A stretch of DNA of 64,000 bases from an uncultured Methanosarcinales archaeon (GCA_964498285.1 CAZCGN010000001.1:100150-164149); one strand, 5' to 3'. Positions 11,037-20,633 are shown, counted from the stretch's first letter. The notes: a model not told the origin generated them from the letters alone. Program-made: numbers and translations.

Positions 11037-11975
11037 TGATGCGAGTGCAACATTCATTTGAACATCAAACGTTGCATGCGCTAACTTCTCAAATGCGATT
11101 TTCATTTCTTCAAGCTTTGTAGCTATATGATCAAAATCCGTTGTGAGCTGGGCAATGTGCATTTCTAAAGCCTCCTGCTGTTCTGTAAAATGATCTATTC
11201 GATATTTTAAATCTTCAATCTTGCTATACACATCTTGACGCATTCTTTCCTGACCCAACTTGCGAATCTCTTGAGAGTAGCCAATTCGCGTATCTCGTTT
11301 CTGAACAAAATTGCCACTTTGAAACTCCTCAAACAGTTTGGCAAAAAGGTACTGCCCATCAATTTTTTCACGCAACGTACCAGATTTGAGCGCAAGACTT
11401 ACCCACCTAAGTTGTTCTTTAAGAGTATTGTATGCTTGATCGACAAAAAAAAGTTGAAAATTTTCTTGGACTTTGGTTACAGCATTCACAACATCCAACA
11501 ATTCATAATTAGAATTAAAGTCTTGAAGTTCACTTAAAGAGGTTTTAATTCGCACCAAAAAAAGAAACAATTCATCATCAATTATCTCTCGTTCCTTGAG
11601 AAGATTTTTTTCGGCTTCAAAACTTGCAGAAATTGCTTGATATTCAGGAGTATCCTTTGATTTAAGCAAGGTTACTTCTTTTTCATCTTTTTGTAAAACT
11701 AAATTCTGAAGTCTTTCTTTTGAAACACGTAATTGAGCCAGTTTCATGTTTCGTTTAGAATCAAGAGCTTGCAGTTCTTGTGCAAGCCCCATGCATGAGC
11801 GCACTTTTTTTGTTTGTGTTATCTCTTGAGGATAATCTAAGGAACGAGATGCATGAAGCGTACGTGTTTTTCTAACAACCCATGTTGCAAGGTCTGGTAG
11901 GAAGATAATCTCAGGCATTGGCTCTTGAGTAACACTTGTAAGAATTCTATCAAAAAATCTTTGCAACCAGCCCAT
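11022..11975 (-). CDS. Hypothetical coiled-coil protein
   Basis: 317-aa ORF with heptad-rich helical composition and no recognised catalytic motif. Confidence 0.6.
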   Translation of the reverse strand: MGWLQRFFDRILTSVTQEPMPEIIFLPDLATWVVRKTRTLHASRSLDYPQEITQTKKVRSCMGLAQELQALDSKRNMKLAQLRVSKERLQNLVLQKDEKEVTLLKSKDTPEYQAISASFEAEKNLLKEREIIDDELFLFLVRIKTSLSELQDFNSNYELLDVVNAVTKVQENFQLFFVDQAYNTLKEQLRWVSLALKSGTLREKIDGQYLFAKLFEEFQSGNFVQKRDTRIGYSQEIRKLGQERMRQDVYSKIEDLKYRIDHFTEQQEALEMHIAQLTTDFDHIATKLEEMKIAFEKLAHATFDVQMNVALASSIPH

Positions 11976-12075
11976 CGTATCGTACCATTCCTTAATTTAG
12001 TAAGATAAAATGAGTGGTAAAGATATTAAAACACTTCTCTAGTTGAATATAGGTTCTAGAGAAGAAGAATCTATC

Positions 12076-13275
12076 TTATTTTCCTGCAAATATCTCAAGA
12101 ACATCGCCATTTTTAAGCGCGTGTTCTTTACCCACAGTAATTTTTGTCCTAATATTTTTTGCGCGAATAAAGTTCTTTCCAAAATCGGTGTGTAATTTGT
12201 AGGCGAAATCAAGAGCCGTAGAACCTTTTGGTAACAAGAAACAATCGGGAATCACATTTCCATCCTTATCTTCTAACTTGTCCCCCCCAGGATATATTGC
12301 AATGTACCCGAGTACTTCAAACACCGCTTTGTTGAGTGCGTATTGCACGCCAGTTCCAAACTCAAGTGCCTCAAGAACATGTGTTTTAATGAAAGTAAGT
12401 GCTGCTTTTTGTTTTTCATTCAGCTTACTTTCCTCTTTAAGCGCAAATGTTTTCTCGCCAGGAATATACTCAATAAGTTGCGCTTTTGCAGCTTCTCTAA
12501 GTGCAAGCTCACTCTCAGAACTTACTGGGACTAAAGGATAACTTGGAAACTCTTTTGTAAGTCGAGCAAAATTTTCTTTACCAACTCCCACATCGATCTT
12601 ATTGCACACAATCACCATGGGTTTAGTCATTTCTCGCAAAGATCGTGCAAGTTTCAATAAATCGTCTGATTTCCAATCTGTAAATTTTTCTGCATCAAGC
12701 TCAAGTGTTTTGATAGATACCTCAATCATTACTTCAGTTACTTTAAGACCACTCAGTTGCTTTGCAAGAGCCACACTAATCTTTTGTTTTTCTTGGCTGA
12801 CTGTTCGCGCAAATTTTTCCCAACCCTTAGTTAAAATCCCTACATACCACATATCAAGTTCTGTTTCGAGAAATTTGATATCTTCAGCAGGATTGTAACT
12901 TCCACTATCAACACTTTCACCTTTCTCATTTGTTGAACCACTCACATCAATAACATGAATCAAAACATCTGCTTGGCGCAAATCATCCAAAAACTGATTT
13001 CCCATACCTTTTCCTTCGTATGCTCCAGGAACTAACCCTGCAACATCTATCATTTGAACAGGAATAAAGCGGAACTTGCCGAGAACAAAGCCATCACGAG
13101 GGTTTGATACTTTGCCAAAATCACGTGCGACATCTCGTTGTTTTAAATATGCCACACCAATGTTGGGTTTGATTGTTGCAAACGGATAATTTGCTATTTC
13201 AACTTCAGCCAATGTTGCTGCCTTAAAAAAGGTCGATTTTCCAACATTTGGTTTTCCTACAACGCCGATTTGCAT
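12076..13275 (-). CDS. ychF: Obg-family ATPase/GTPase YchF (archaeal type, C-terminal TGS domain)
   Basis: GKPNVGKST, ANYPFAT, DVAG, NKID, C-terminal LHTDFG TGS domain. Confidence 0.9.
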   Translation of the reverse strand: MQIGVVGKPNVGKSTFFKAATLAEVEIANYPFATIKPNIGVAYLKQRDVARDFGKVSNPRDGFVLGKFRFIPVQMIDVAGLVPGAYEGKGMGNQFLDDLRQADVLIHVIDVSGSTNEKGESVDSGSYNPAEDIKFLETELDMWYVGILTKGWEKFARTVSQEKQKISVALAKQLSGLKVTEVMIEVSIKTLELDAEKFTDWKSDDLLKLARSLREMTKPMVIVCNKIDVGVGKENFARLTKEFPSYPLVPVSSESELALREAAKAQLIEYIPGEKTFALKEESKLNEKQKAALTFIKTHVLEALEFGTGVQYALNKAVFEVLGYIAIYPGGDKLEDKDGNVIPDCFLLPKGSTALDFAYKLHTDFGKNFIRAKNIRTKITVGKEHALKNGDVLEIFAGK

Positions 13276-13330
13276 GGTTTGTTTCAATAATTCATTAGTT
13301 ATATAAAGCTATCTTGAGCGCGCAAGCAGT

Positions 13331-13846
13331 ATGGCGCTCGCATTTGGACACCTAATTAGTGCATGGATCCTAGGGAAGGTGTATGAGAAAGCTTCTTCTA
13401 AGAAACTCGGGCAGAACGTATGGTTTTTTCTGCTCTTTGGAGGGATTTTACCAGACATTGACTTTCTTGTTGAATGGGGGCTTAAAATACCGTACCACAG
13501 AACCTTTACCCATAGTATTATGTTTCTTGTTCTAATGGTGCTTGCAGTCTACATCATAAGTGTTTTGTACAAAGAGAAATATGCAAAAAGGTATGCTATT
13601 GCAATTGGCGCAGGAATCTTGGTTCATCTCGTGTTAGATATGAGCTCGACCAATGGGATTATGTTTTTCTGGCCAAACGAGATGTATTTCTCTTTTACAA
13701 AAGGAGCGACTTTATTTGTGCGGGATGCCTTATTTGCAAACTCAACAGACGTACTCAAAAACATGCTTAAACGAGCAATTTTTGACATGGGTTTGGGTAT
13801 TGCATGGATATTTAGTATGTGGCAGTTCAAAAAGTTGCGGTTTTAG
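13331..13846 (+). CDS. YdjM-like membrane metal-dependent hydrolase
   Basis: GH...LPDID...HRTFTHS...HLVLD motif pattern with TM helices. Confidence 0.8.
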   Translation: MALAFGHLISAWILGKVYEKASSKKLGQNVWFFLLFGGILPDIDFLVEWGLKIPYHRTFTHSIMFLVLMVLAVYIISVLYKEKYAKRYAIAIGAGILVHLVLDMSSTNGIMFFWPNEMYFSFTKGATLFVRDALFANSTDVLKNMLKRAIFDMGLGIAWIFSMWQFKKLRF

Positions 13847-13991
13847 TTGAACTCCTAACAGTCAAACACGTAAGTCACTTACGTTCTGACCCTGCTCATT
13901 CCAATTGATAAGTTATTGATTCGAGAACTCCTAATGAATTTATTAGAGGAATAAGCAGATTTAAATACGTTAAAGAATTGTTTTAGTTGGT

Positions 13992-14651
13992 ATGCCGATT
14001 AGAAAAATTGATAAGAATGGTGCGGACGGTGAGCTCATGATGTTTCCCGGTGAAACACGGATCAAATTTAAAGATATTTTTGATATGAAAGAGTTTTATG
14101 CTGCAATACACTTCTGGTATCAAGAGTATGGATGGGATGATGGGTATCCATTCACAAGAGAAGGATTCTGGTACGAAACTAATTATGATGAACGGGTTGA
14201 TACAGGAGGTGCTAAAGAAATGTGGATCAGATGGAGGCTTGAAAAAAGACCACAACATCGAGACATGGTCAAATACTATATGGATGTCGATATGCACGTT
14301 CTAGCATTGAAAGGTACTGAAGTTATCAAAAATGGTCAGAAAATTAAAACGAATAAAGGAGAAGTCGAGTTCAACGTGAAAACATATATCCATCTTTTAG
14401 CTGGTACTGGCCATAAAGAGTTCAAAGAAGGTCTGTTTGCCCCCCTCAAAAAAGCTCTTTTTACAACTATGCTCCCTATAATGGGAAAACGGATGTATCA
14501 AGTACCAGAACTTAAACGAGAGTTATACAATGAACTTTACATTATGCAAAATTTTCTTAAACAATGGTTCCGGCTCAAAAGGTATCTTCCATACGAGGAA
14601 GTTAAAAACTTCCATCCTTCACTTGCATGGCCTAGTCATCAAAAGGATTGA
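13992..14651 (+). CDS. Hypothetical protein
   Basis: 219-aa ORF with TTTAAATA box about 30 nt upstream; no motif recognised. Confidence 0.65.
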   Translation: MPIRKIDKNGADGELMMFPGETRIKFKDIFDMKEFYAAIHFWYQEYGWDDGYPFTREGFWYETNYDERVDTGGAKEMWIRWRLEKRPQHRDMVKYYMDVDMHVLALKGTEVIKNGQKIKTNKGEVEFNVKTYIHLLAGTGHKEFKEGLFAPLKKALFTTMLPIMGKRMYQVPELKRELYNELYIMQNFLKQWFRLKRYLPYEEVKNFHPSLAWPSHQKD

Positions 14652-14700
14652 TGTTTTCACGTAAATTTTATAAACCAGTTGAATGCTAGATAGGAGGTAT

Positions 14701-14824
14701 GCCCCCGTGGCTTAGTGGCTATAGCACCTGACTTGTAGCTGCGCTTATTTGCTATGTTTCCAAAAGTCAAATAACAGCATAGTAAGATATCAGGAGGTCG
14801 TGGGTTCAACTCCCACTGGGGGCT
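14701..14824 (+). tRNA. tRNA-Thr(UGU) with 51-nt canonical 37/38 intron (14738-14788)
   Basis: Acceptor GCCCCCG/TGGGGGC, anticodon stem CCTGA/TCAGG, loop CT-TGT-A|A, T-arm GTGGG-TTCAACT-CCCAC; BHB central helix CUUG/UAAG with bulges UAG and AUA; TTTATAAA promoter upstream. Confidence 0.93.
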
Positions 14825-14871
14825 TATTTTCTTTTAAATCAAATAGATAGAACATTAAATCTGTGAGCAAA

Positions 14872-15315
14872 TTATGATGTCTTCGCTGTTGCTTCTATAT
14901 ATGTAAGGTTGCGCTTAATAGATTCACATAAAATTTGAAATTCTTCAACATCACGGTCATTCCAGCGATTCACAGAACCAATATGAGTTAGATCAAAAGC
15001 AACAGATGAAAGGTCTCTATTTACATCACTAAAGAGAGACCTATATTCTCTAGACACAGTTTGTTCAGTAAAATAATACTGTGTCGTCTCAATTCTACCT
15101 TTTAGTTCTCCTACTTTTTCAACATAATTTGCACCATCCCACTTTCCTTGGAGATAGCTTTGACAAAGAGCTATTAACTCCTCAAACTCTTCAAGAAAGC
15201 GTTTCAGCATTGTAATTGCAGCAAGTACGTTGTTTTCAGGGCCTTGACCAGCCCTCATGCTTCTTCCTAGCTTATCCAAATGAACAGCTTTAGTAAGTTC
15301 TTTTTGATACATCAT
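14872..15315 (-). CDS. Hypothetical helical protein
   Basis: 147-aa ORF convergent on tRNA-Thr, own TTTAATA-like box upstream. Confidence 0.55.
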   Translation of the reverse strand: MMYQKELTKAVHLDKLGRSMRAGQGPENNVLAAITMLKRFLEEFEELIALCQSYLQGKWDGANYVEKVGELKGRIETTQYYFTEQTVSREYRSLFSDVNRDLSSVAFDLTHIGSVNRWNDRDVEEFQILCESIKRNLTYIEATAKTS

Positions 15316-15441
15316 TCCCGAGAAGTTATTTTTATCTTATTAAATTTATCTATATCCAAAGACAAGCACCAGAATAGTTCTCTAAAAATCAAAACATACT
15401 TAAAGGAGTAAAATATTCTCAGAATCCTAAGAGGTTATATT

Positions 15442-15684
15442 ATGGCAGATGAACTCATTGGATTTGTGAGCAAGAAGTTTCTGGCAGGAGTTTCACTTGT
15501 AACAGTTATAGTTGCACTAGGCGTATTTACAATCATATCAAGTTTGAATAGTGGTTCTTCACCAACCGGTGCAAGTTCAGCAAATATTGCAATGGGTGCA
15601 TCAAACGCAATTCTATCTGTTGCAATCGCATTGGTAATTATAGTTGCAGCAACAGTGGTATACGTTAAGGTGATAAAAAGTTAA
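15442..15684 (+). CDS. Small two-TM membrane protein
   Basis: GAGG SD; two hydrophobic helices flanking an SPTGASS loop. Confidence 0.65.
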   Translation: MADELIGFVSKKFLAGVSLVTVIVALGVFTIISSLNSGSSPTGASSANIAMGASNAILSVAIALVIIVAATVVYVKVIKS

Positions 15685-15781
15685 AACGTACCTGCTCACA
15701 ACGAAAGTTTTAAAAAAGAGAGCGATATCAACAAGCAATAGAGTGATGGGTGATCAGTTCTCAGAAGGGTGAATATTTACT

Positions 15782-16411
15782 ATGAAAGAGATGCTTAAAA
15801 CAGGAACAACAACAGTAGGTATTGTATGTAAAGATGCAGTGATTCTTGCAGCAGACCGTAGGGCTACGGCAGGAAATTTGATTGTGGATAAACACACACA
15901 CAAAGTTAATATTATTTCAGATGAAGTTGCAGTAACTATCGCAGGTTCTGTTTCTGAAGCGCAACTGTTAATGAAACTTATTAGAGCTGAGCTTAAACTC
16001 AAAGAAGTTCGAACAAACAAAGTTCCCACTATTAAAGAGAGTGCAAATCTTTTAGGTGGACTATTATATTCAAGTATCAGGCGAATGTCAATGATACCTG
16101 CGGTCGCGCATTTTTTAATGGGCGGGCGTGACGCTGAAGGCACACATTTGTATGATCTTTTTCCAGACGGGAGTGTTACTAAAGTTGCTGATTACGTTTC
16201 ATCTGGTTCAGGCTCCGTATTTGCATACGGTGTTCTAGAAGCACAATATAAGTCAGGAATGAGCGTTAAAGAAGGTATGATGCTTGTAACAACTGCTATA
16301 AATGCAGCGCTTCAACGCGATAGTTATTCTGGAAACGGAATTGAGATTGCAGTAATTACAAAAGAAAGTGCAAAAAAGGTGCTTGTAAAAGAATTAACCT
16401 ACAGTCTTTAA
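15782..16411 (+). CDS. psmB: 20S proteasome subunit beta
   Basis: Propeptide then KTG|TTTVG Ntn nucleophile, AADRRAT, SSGSG, RDSYSG. Confidence 0.95.
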   Translation: MKEMLKTGTTTVGIVCKDAVILAADRRATAGNLIVDKHTHKVNIISDEVAVTIAGSVSEAQLLMKLIRAELKLKEVRTNKVPTIKESANLLGGLLYSSIRRMSMIPAVAHFLMGGRDAEGTHLYDLFPDGSVTKVADYVSSGSGSVFAYGVLEAQYKSGMSVKEGMMLVTTAINAALQRDSYSGNGIEIAVITKESAKKVLVKELTYSL

Positions 16412-16528
16412 GGAAAAAGGCAAAAGTTTCTGTAGAATAAGTGGTACATGGTGTAATTAGATATAGAATACACAAGTAAAATGGCAGATATGAAAAATCA
16501 CAGATTTTTGGACCTGCCAAACTAAAAA

Positions 16529-18418
16529 ATGGCAGACATATTAAAAGAAATCGTAAAGAAATTACCAGCAAACAAAATTTCTGAAGCAACATATGAGGGA
16601 GCAAACATTGTTCTCTACACAAAAGATACTGAGTACTTTCTTGACAATAAAGGCACTATCAAGGATCTTGTAAAAGAGTTCAAAAAACGAATTGAACTTA
16701 GGCCTGATCCATCAATGTGTATGCCACCGGAAGAAGCTGAAAAGCGTATGAAAGAACTTATTCCAAAAGAAGCTGGCGCAGAAGATTTTATTTTTGATGA
16801 ACCACGCTCGCAAGTAATCATCCATGCCGAAAAGCCAGGCCTGATTATTGGAAAGCAAGGCGGTGTGTTAAACATGCTTAAAAAACAAACCATGTGGGTG
16901 CCACTCGTTAAGCGTCTTCCTCCAATCAAATCAAAATTAATTGAAAGTATTAGATCAGTTCTCTATGAGAACGCAGCATATCGAAAAAAGTTTCTTGCAA
17001 AAACTGGCCATAGGATTTATGATGGATGGCTCCGAACAAAAAAGCATGAATGGGTCAGGTTAACATTCTTAGGTGCAGGAAGACAAGTTGGGCGCTCATG
17101 TTTATTGCTACAAACCCCAGAGTCACGTATTCTTCTTGATTGTGGAATTGACCCTTCGCAAGACGGGCCCGAATCATACCCGTTTTTAGATGCGCCAGAA
17201 TTCGATATTAGTGAAATTGACGCTGTAATTCTCTCACACTCACATCTAGACCATAGTGGACTTGTCCCATACCTTTTCAAGTATGGATACAAAGGACCAG
17301 TATATTGTACTGCGCCAACACGTGATGTCTCAGCACTTTTACAGCTCGATATGATCAAGATTCAACGTGCTGAAGGGAAAGACCCAATTTATCAAAGTGA
17401 GGATGTGAAAAACTTTGTGTTACACGCTGTGTGTATCCCTTGGGATTCAGTAACTGATATCACACCTGATGTTAGACTCACGTTCTATAACTCAGGCCAT
17501 ATTTTAGGAAGTTCAGTTACACATCTAAACATTGGAAATGGATTACATAATGTTGTCTACACTGCTGATATGAAATATGGGCGTACAAACGTCCTTGAAC
17601 CAGCACACACACAATTCCCCCGTGTTGAAACGCTTATTGTTGAAGCAACCTATGGTGGAAAAGCAAATGTGATGGCAGAAACCGAAGCTGATGAGTATAT
17701 GGTAAAAACCATTAAAGAAACTTTTGATCGAGGTGGGAAAGTCTTAATGCCAGTATTAGGTTCAGGAAGAGCTCAAGAAGTTATGGTGATTGCTGAGCGT
17801 CTTATGCGTGAGAAAAAGATTCCAGAAGTTCCGGTATACATTGACGGAATGCTTTGGGATATTACTGCAATTCACACAGCATATCCTGAGTTTCTGAACA
17901 GAAGTATTAGAGATCAAATTTTTAAGAAAGAAAATAATCCGTTCCTCTCCAAGATTTTTGTAAAAGTTGGATCGCAAAAAGAGCGCAAAAAGATTATTCA
18001 TGACGAAGGTCCATGTTTGATTCTTGCAACATCAGGTATGCTTACAGGAGGGCCATCGGTTGAATATCTTAAAGGTCTTTCTGAAGATAAACGCCACTCT
18101 CTTATCTTTTCATGTTACCAACCAAAAGGCAGTTTGGGCCATAGAATTAGGGAAGGTGATAGGGAGATGCAAATGGTTGTGAATAATAAAATGCAATCAC
18201 ATAAAATTAACATGCAAGTCCATAAGATTGAAATTACGAACCATTCTGACCGTAGGCAACTTATGAACTATGTAAAACGATGCAATCCATCTCCTCGAAG
18301 AGTTATCGTCCAGCATGGAGAGCAGTCACGTTGTTTAGATTTAGCATCATCAATTCATAAACAGTTTAGGGTTGAGAGTATAGTTCCTAAGAATTTAGAG
18401 GCGATTAGGATACGGTAA
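16529..18418 (+). CDS. Beta-CASP ribonuclease aCPSF1 (FttA)
   Basis: N-terminal KH domains (KPGLIIGKQG), LGAGRQVGRS, HSHLDH, GHILGS, HSD, HGE; adjacent to psmB as is usual in archaea. Confidence 0.93.
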   Translation: MADILKEIVKKLPANKISEATYEGANIVLYTKDTEYFLDNKGTIKDLVKEFKKRIELRPDPSMCMPPEEAEKRMKELIPKEAGAEDFIFDEPRSQVIIHAEKPGLIIGKQGGVLNMLKKQTMWVPLVKRLPPIKSKLIESIRSVLYENAAYRKKFLAKTGHRIYDGWLRTKKHEWVRLTFLGAGRQVGRSCLLLQTPESRILLDCGIDPSQDGPESYPFLDAPEFDISEIDAVILSHSHLDHSGLVPYLFKYGYKGPVYCTAPTRDVSALLQLDMIKIQRAEGKDPIYQSEDVKNFVLHAVCIPWDSVTDITPDVRLTFYNSGHILGSSVTHLNIGNGLHNVVYTADMKYGRTNVLEPAHTQFPRVETLIVEATYGGKANVMAETEADEYMVKTIKETFDRGGKVLMPVLGSGRAQEVMVIAERLMREKKIPEVPVYIDGMLWDITAIHTAYPEFLNRSIRDQIFKKENNPFLSKIFVKVGSQKERKKIIHDEGPCLILATSGMLTGGPSVEYLKGLSEDKRHSLIFSCYQPKGSLGHRIREGDREMQMVVNNKMQSHKINMQVHKIEITNHSDRRQLMNYVKRCNPSPRRVIVQHGEQSRCLDLASSIHKQFRVESIVPKNLEAIRIR

Positions 18419-18422
18419 AATA

Positions 18423-18902
18423 ATGGATCTTGTTACCAGGGCCAAAAAAGTTATTTCTGAAATTCTTTATATTACTCTTGCAACTTCTAATTCAAAAAAT
18501 GAGCCATGGAACTCTCCAGTCTACTCGGCATTTGATGACAAGTACAATTTTTATTGGGCGTCATGGACAAAAAACCAGCACTCAAAAAATATTGAAGAAA
18601 ACGAAAACGTTTTTGTTGTAATGTATGACTCAACATGTGCTGAAGGGACAGGGTTTGGTGTGTACATGAAAGGTAAGGCTTACAAATTAGGAAAAAATAA
18701 TCTTGTTGAGATTATGAAAGCATTGAAATTACTCTATTCTCGTAAGAATAAAAAGCCTCGCAAAGTTGAAGAGTTCTTAGGTCTTTTGCCCAGAAGAATT
18801 TACAAGTTTATTCCTTCTCAGGTTTGGGTAAATGGCGAAGGAGCCATTAATGGAAACTTTATTGATACACGAGAAGAGATTACTTTAAACTTGCTAAAGT
18901 AA
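18423..18902 (+). CDS. Pyridoxamine 5'-phosphate oxidase-like FMN-binding protein
   Basis: TLAT...PWNSPVY...HSKNIEEN pattern. Confidence 0.75.
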   Translation: MDLVTRAKKVISEILYITLATSNSKNEPWNSPVYSAFDDKYNFYWASWTKNQHSKNIEENENVFVVMYDSTCAEGTGFGVYMKGKAYKLGKNNLVEIMKALKLLYSRKNKKPRKVEEFLGLLPRRIYKFIPSQVWVNGEGAINGNFIDTREEITLNLLK

Positions 18903-19191
18903 AGAGATATTTTTGTAGGTTGATTTCGTTACCTTTTATTTCCACACCTTCTTTTTTGAGAAGTTTTATCTTTTCTTTTTGTCCGTATGCAAAGCCCCCA
19001 ACTTCTCCATTTGAATTAATTACCCTATGGCATGGAACTTTTGGCGCATACGGATTGCAATTAAGTGCTGTGCCCACGGCACGATATGCTTTCGTGTTAA
19101 GAGCTTTTGCTATTTCTTTGTAGGTAGTTACTTTTCCTTTCGGTATTTTTAAGCATAGTGCATAGACCCTGCTTTGAAATTCCGTTGGCAT
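18880..19191 (-). CDS. ogt: Methylated-DNA-protein-cysteine methyltransferase (MGMT)
   Basis: IPKGKVTTY, RAVG, active-site PCHRV. Confidence 0.9.
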   Translation of the reverse strand: MPTEFQSRVYALCLKIPKGKVTTYKEIAKALNTKAYRAVGTALNCNPYAPKVPCHRVINSNGEVGGFAYGQKEKIKLLKKEGVEIKGNEINLQKYLFTLASLK

Positions 19192-19251
19192 TTTAGGTTA
19201 ATGAGGCTAATAAGATTTATAAATGGTTTTATTGTTTTGAGAATATACGCT

Positions 19252-19334
19252 GCCGGTATCGCATAACTTGGTATTGCGCTGGTCTTGAAAACCAGTTTCC
19301 TCTGGATATCCCGGTTCAAATCCGGGTGCCGGCG
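19252..19334 (+). tRNA. tRNA-Ser(UGA)
   Basis: Acceptor GCCGGTA/TGCCGGC, anticodon arm CTGGT-CTTGAAA-ACCAG, long variable arm, CCCGG-TTCAAAT-CCGGG, G73. Confidence 0.93.
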
Positions 19335-19361
19335 TTTTTATTCTATTAGATTAAGAAAAGT

Positions 19362-20048
19362 TCATTGTTCCAAAAATCTTGGTTCTCGTGCTATTTCGTC
19401 AATTAAATCACCATAACTAGCTATTTTTACTAGTGAAATATCTTCCTTAAGCAATTTTTTGTCTAAGCCATATTTCCCATTTACGTGGTTTTCGCCAACA
19501 ATTAACAAAGAGTTATTAACACGTTCTGAAAAACCAAGAATTACTTCAACCCATCTACTTTCTCTGTATAATTGAGCACCGTGAGTAGGTACTCCATATT
19601 TATCCATATGAATTTTAACTCCTCGATCTAAATAAACTACTTCGATACCCTTTCTGGTGGCATACATCCCTTGTGGTTGATTTATACCCTCAAGAAATAA
19701 TAAATCAAATTCACCTTTGTCAATTTCACCCAACTGGTGATTCCATATTCTACGACAGGCCTCTAAATCTTTTAGAATACTTTTGGTTTGATCTACTCTC
19801 CAATCTGGTCTTTTTCCATACTTCCTCTTTTCTTCATCCCTAATCCTTTGTAGTATCTCATCACCAATAGATCTCCAAAAATCTTCTTCTCTAACACAGT
19901 CTGGCCTTTCTTCAACAGCACGCACGTAAGTTCCATTTACTAGATCTGCTTGAGAGCTAGAATCTAAAAGCATCCCAAAATTCCAGTTGAGAACATTATG
20001 AAATATGTTTTGAGGATGACTATCAGCTATTGCTTTTAATGTTTTCAT
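19362..20048 (-). CDS. Hypothetical protein, possibly TraB/TIKI/EreA-fold
   Basis: LFLEG ... RESRW ... LLIVGENHV resembles the E, RxxxW and GxxH motifs of that superfamily. Confidence 0.45.
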   Translation of the reverse strand: MKTLKAIADSHPQNIFHNVLNWNFGMLLDSSSQADLVNGTYVRAVEERPDCVREEDFWRSIGDEILQRIRDEEKRKYGKRPDWRVDQTKSILKDLEACRRIWNHQLGEIDKGEFDLLFLEGINQPQGMYATRKGIEVVYLDRGVKIHMDKYGVPTHGAQLYRESRWVEVILGFSERVNNSLLIVGENHVNGKYGLDKKLLKEDISLVKIASYGDLIDEIAREPRFLEQ

Positions 20049-20294
20049 TTTATTGTGTATGTAAAATAATCCGTTTATAAATCTTTCTTCACTCCTCAGT
20101 GAAAACTATGGGCGATTGACGATTGAGAACTTAAGCCCTTAAGTGTTCTTTCTGGCCCTTGACCAATATAACAACATTCGCTTTATTTGTAACGGAAAAA
20201 CTTGAGAAACTACGTCTCTCACTCCCGCATAAAGTCGGGAAAGATAACATTCTTTATACCAAGTTTTCCAAAACATCCCACAAAAAACACAGGA

Positions 20295-20313
20295 TTTATA
20301 TATCATATGATAT
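20295..20313 (+). promoter_or_regulatory. TATA box overlapped by perfect 14-bp palindrome ATATCATATGATAT (20300-20313); candidate ArsR operator
   Basis: Palindrome read directly; it ends 11 nt upstream of the ArsR start codon. Confidence 0.6.
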
Positions 20314-20324
20314 TTCCGTCATTT

Positions 20325-20633
20325 ATGGAACATTCAATCGAAACATACAAGTTCTTTTTTGGAGCTTTAGCTAATCCCAATCGACTCGAGATAATCAACG
20401 TATTGCGGGCAGGCAAAAAGAACGTGGGCGAAATCTGCAATGCAACGAACTTTGAACAAACTATGGTCTCACATAACCTTAAAGTCCTAGAGCACCATGG
20501 AATGGTGTTCTCAGAAAAACAAGGCAAATTTAGGTATTACACTGTGAACTCAAAAACTATCAAACCACTTTTAGGGTTCATTGATGACCATATGAAAGAA
20601 TACTGTTGCAAAATCCTGGAGAAGAAACGATGA
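20325..20633 (+). CDS. ArsR/SmtB-family metalloregulator
   Basis: ALANPNRLEII...VSHNLKVLE...G wHTH; C-terminal HMKEYCC; start taken at MEHSI (20325). Confidence 0.88.
   Translation: MEHSIETYKFFFGALANPNRLEIINVLRAGKKNVGEICNATNFEQTMVSHNLKVLEHHGMVFSEKQGKFRYYTVNSKTIKPLLGFIDDHMKEYCCKILEKKR

Noticed and set aside
13904..13930. Hammerhead-like core TTGATAAG...CGAGA
   Set aside because: The GAAA strand is not conserved, stem II is barely paired, and no suitable stems I/III or NUH site were found
19252..19334. tRNA with 'TGA' in its loop read as a selenocysteine or stop-suppressor tRNA
   Set aside because: Anticodon UGA decodes UCA (Ser); a Sec tRNA would have anticodon UCA. The 7-bp acceptor stem is ordinary
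20139..20276. 45-codon minus-strand ORF MFWKTWYKEC...
   Set aside because: No recognisable features and it coincides with the hairpin-rich region; coding cannot be supported, though it is not excluded
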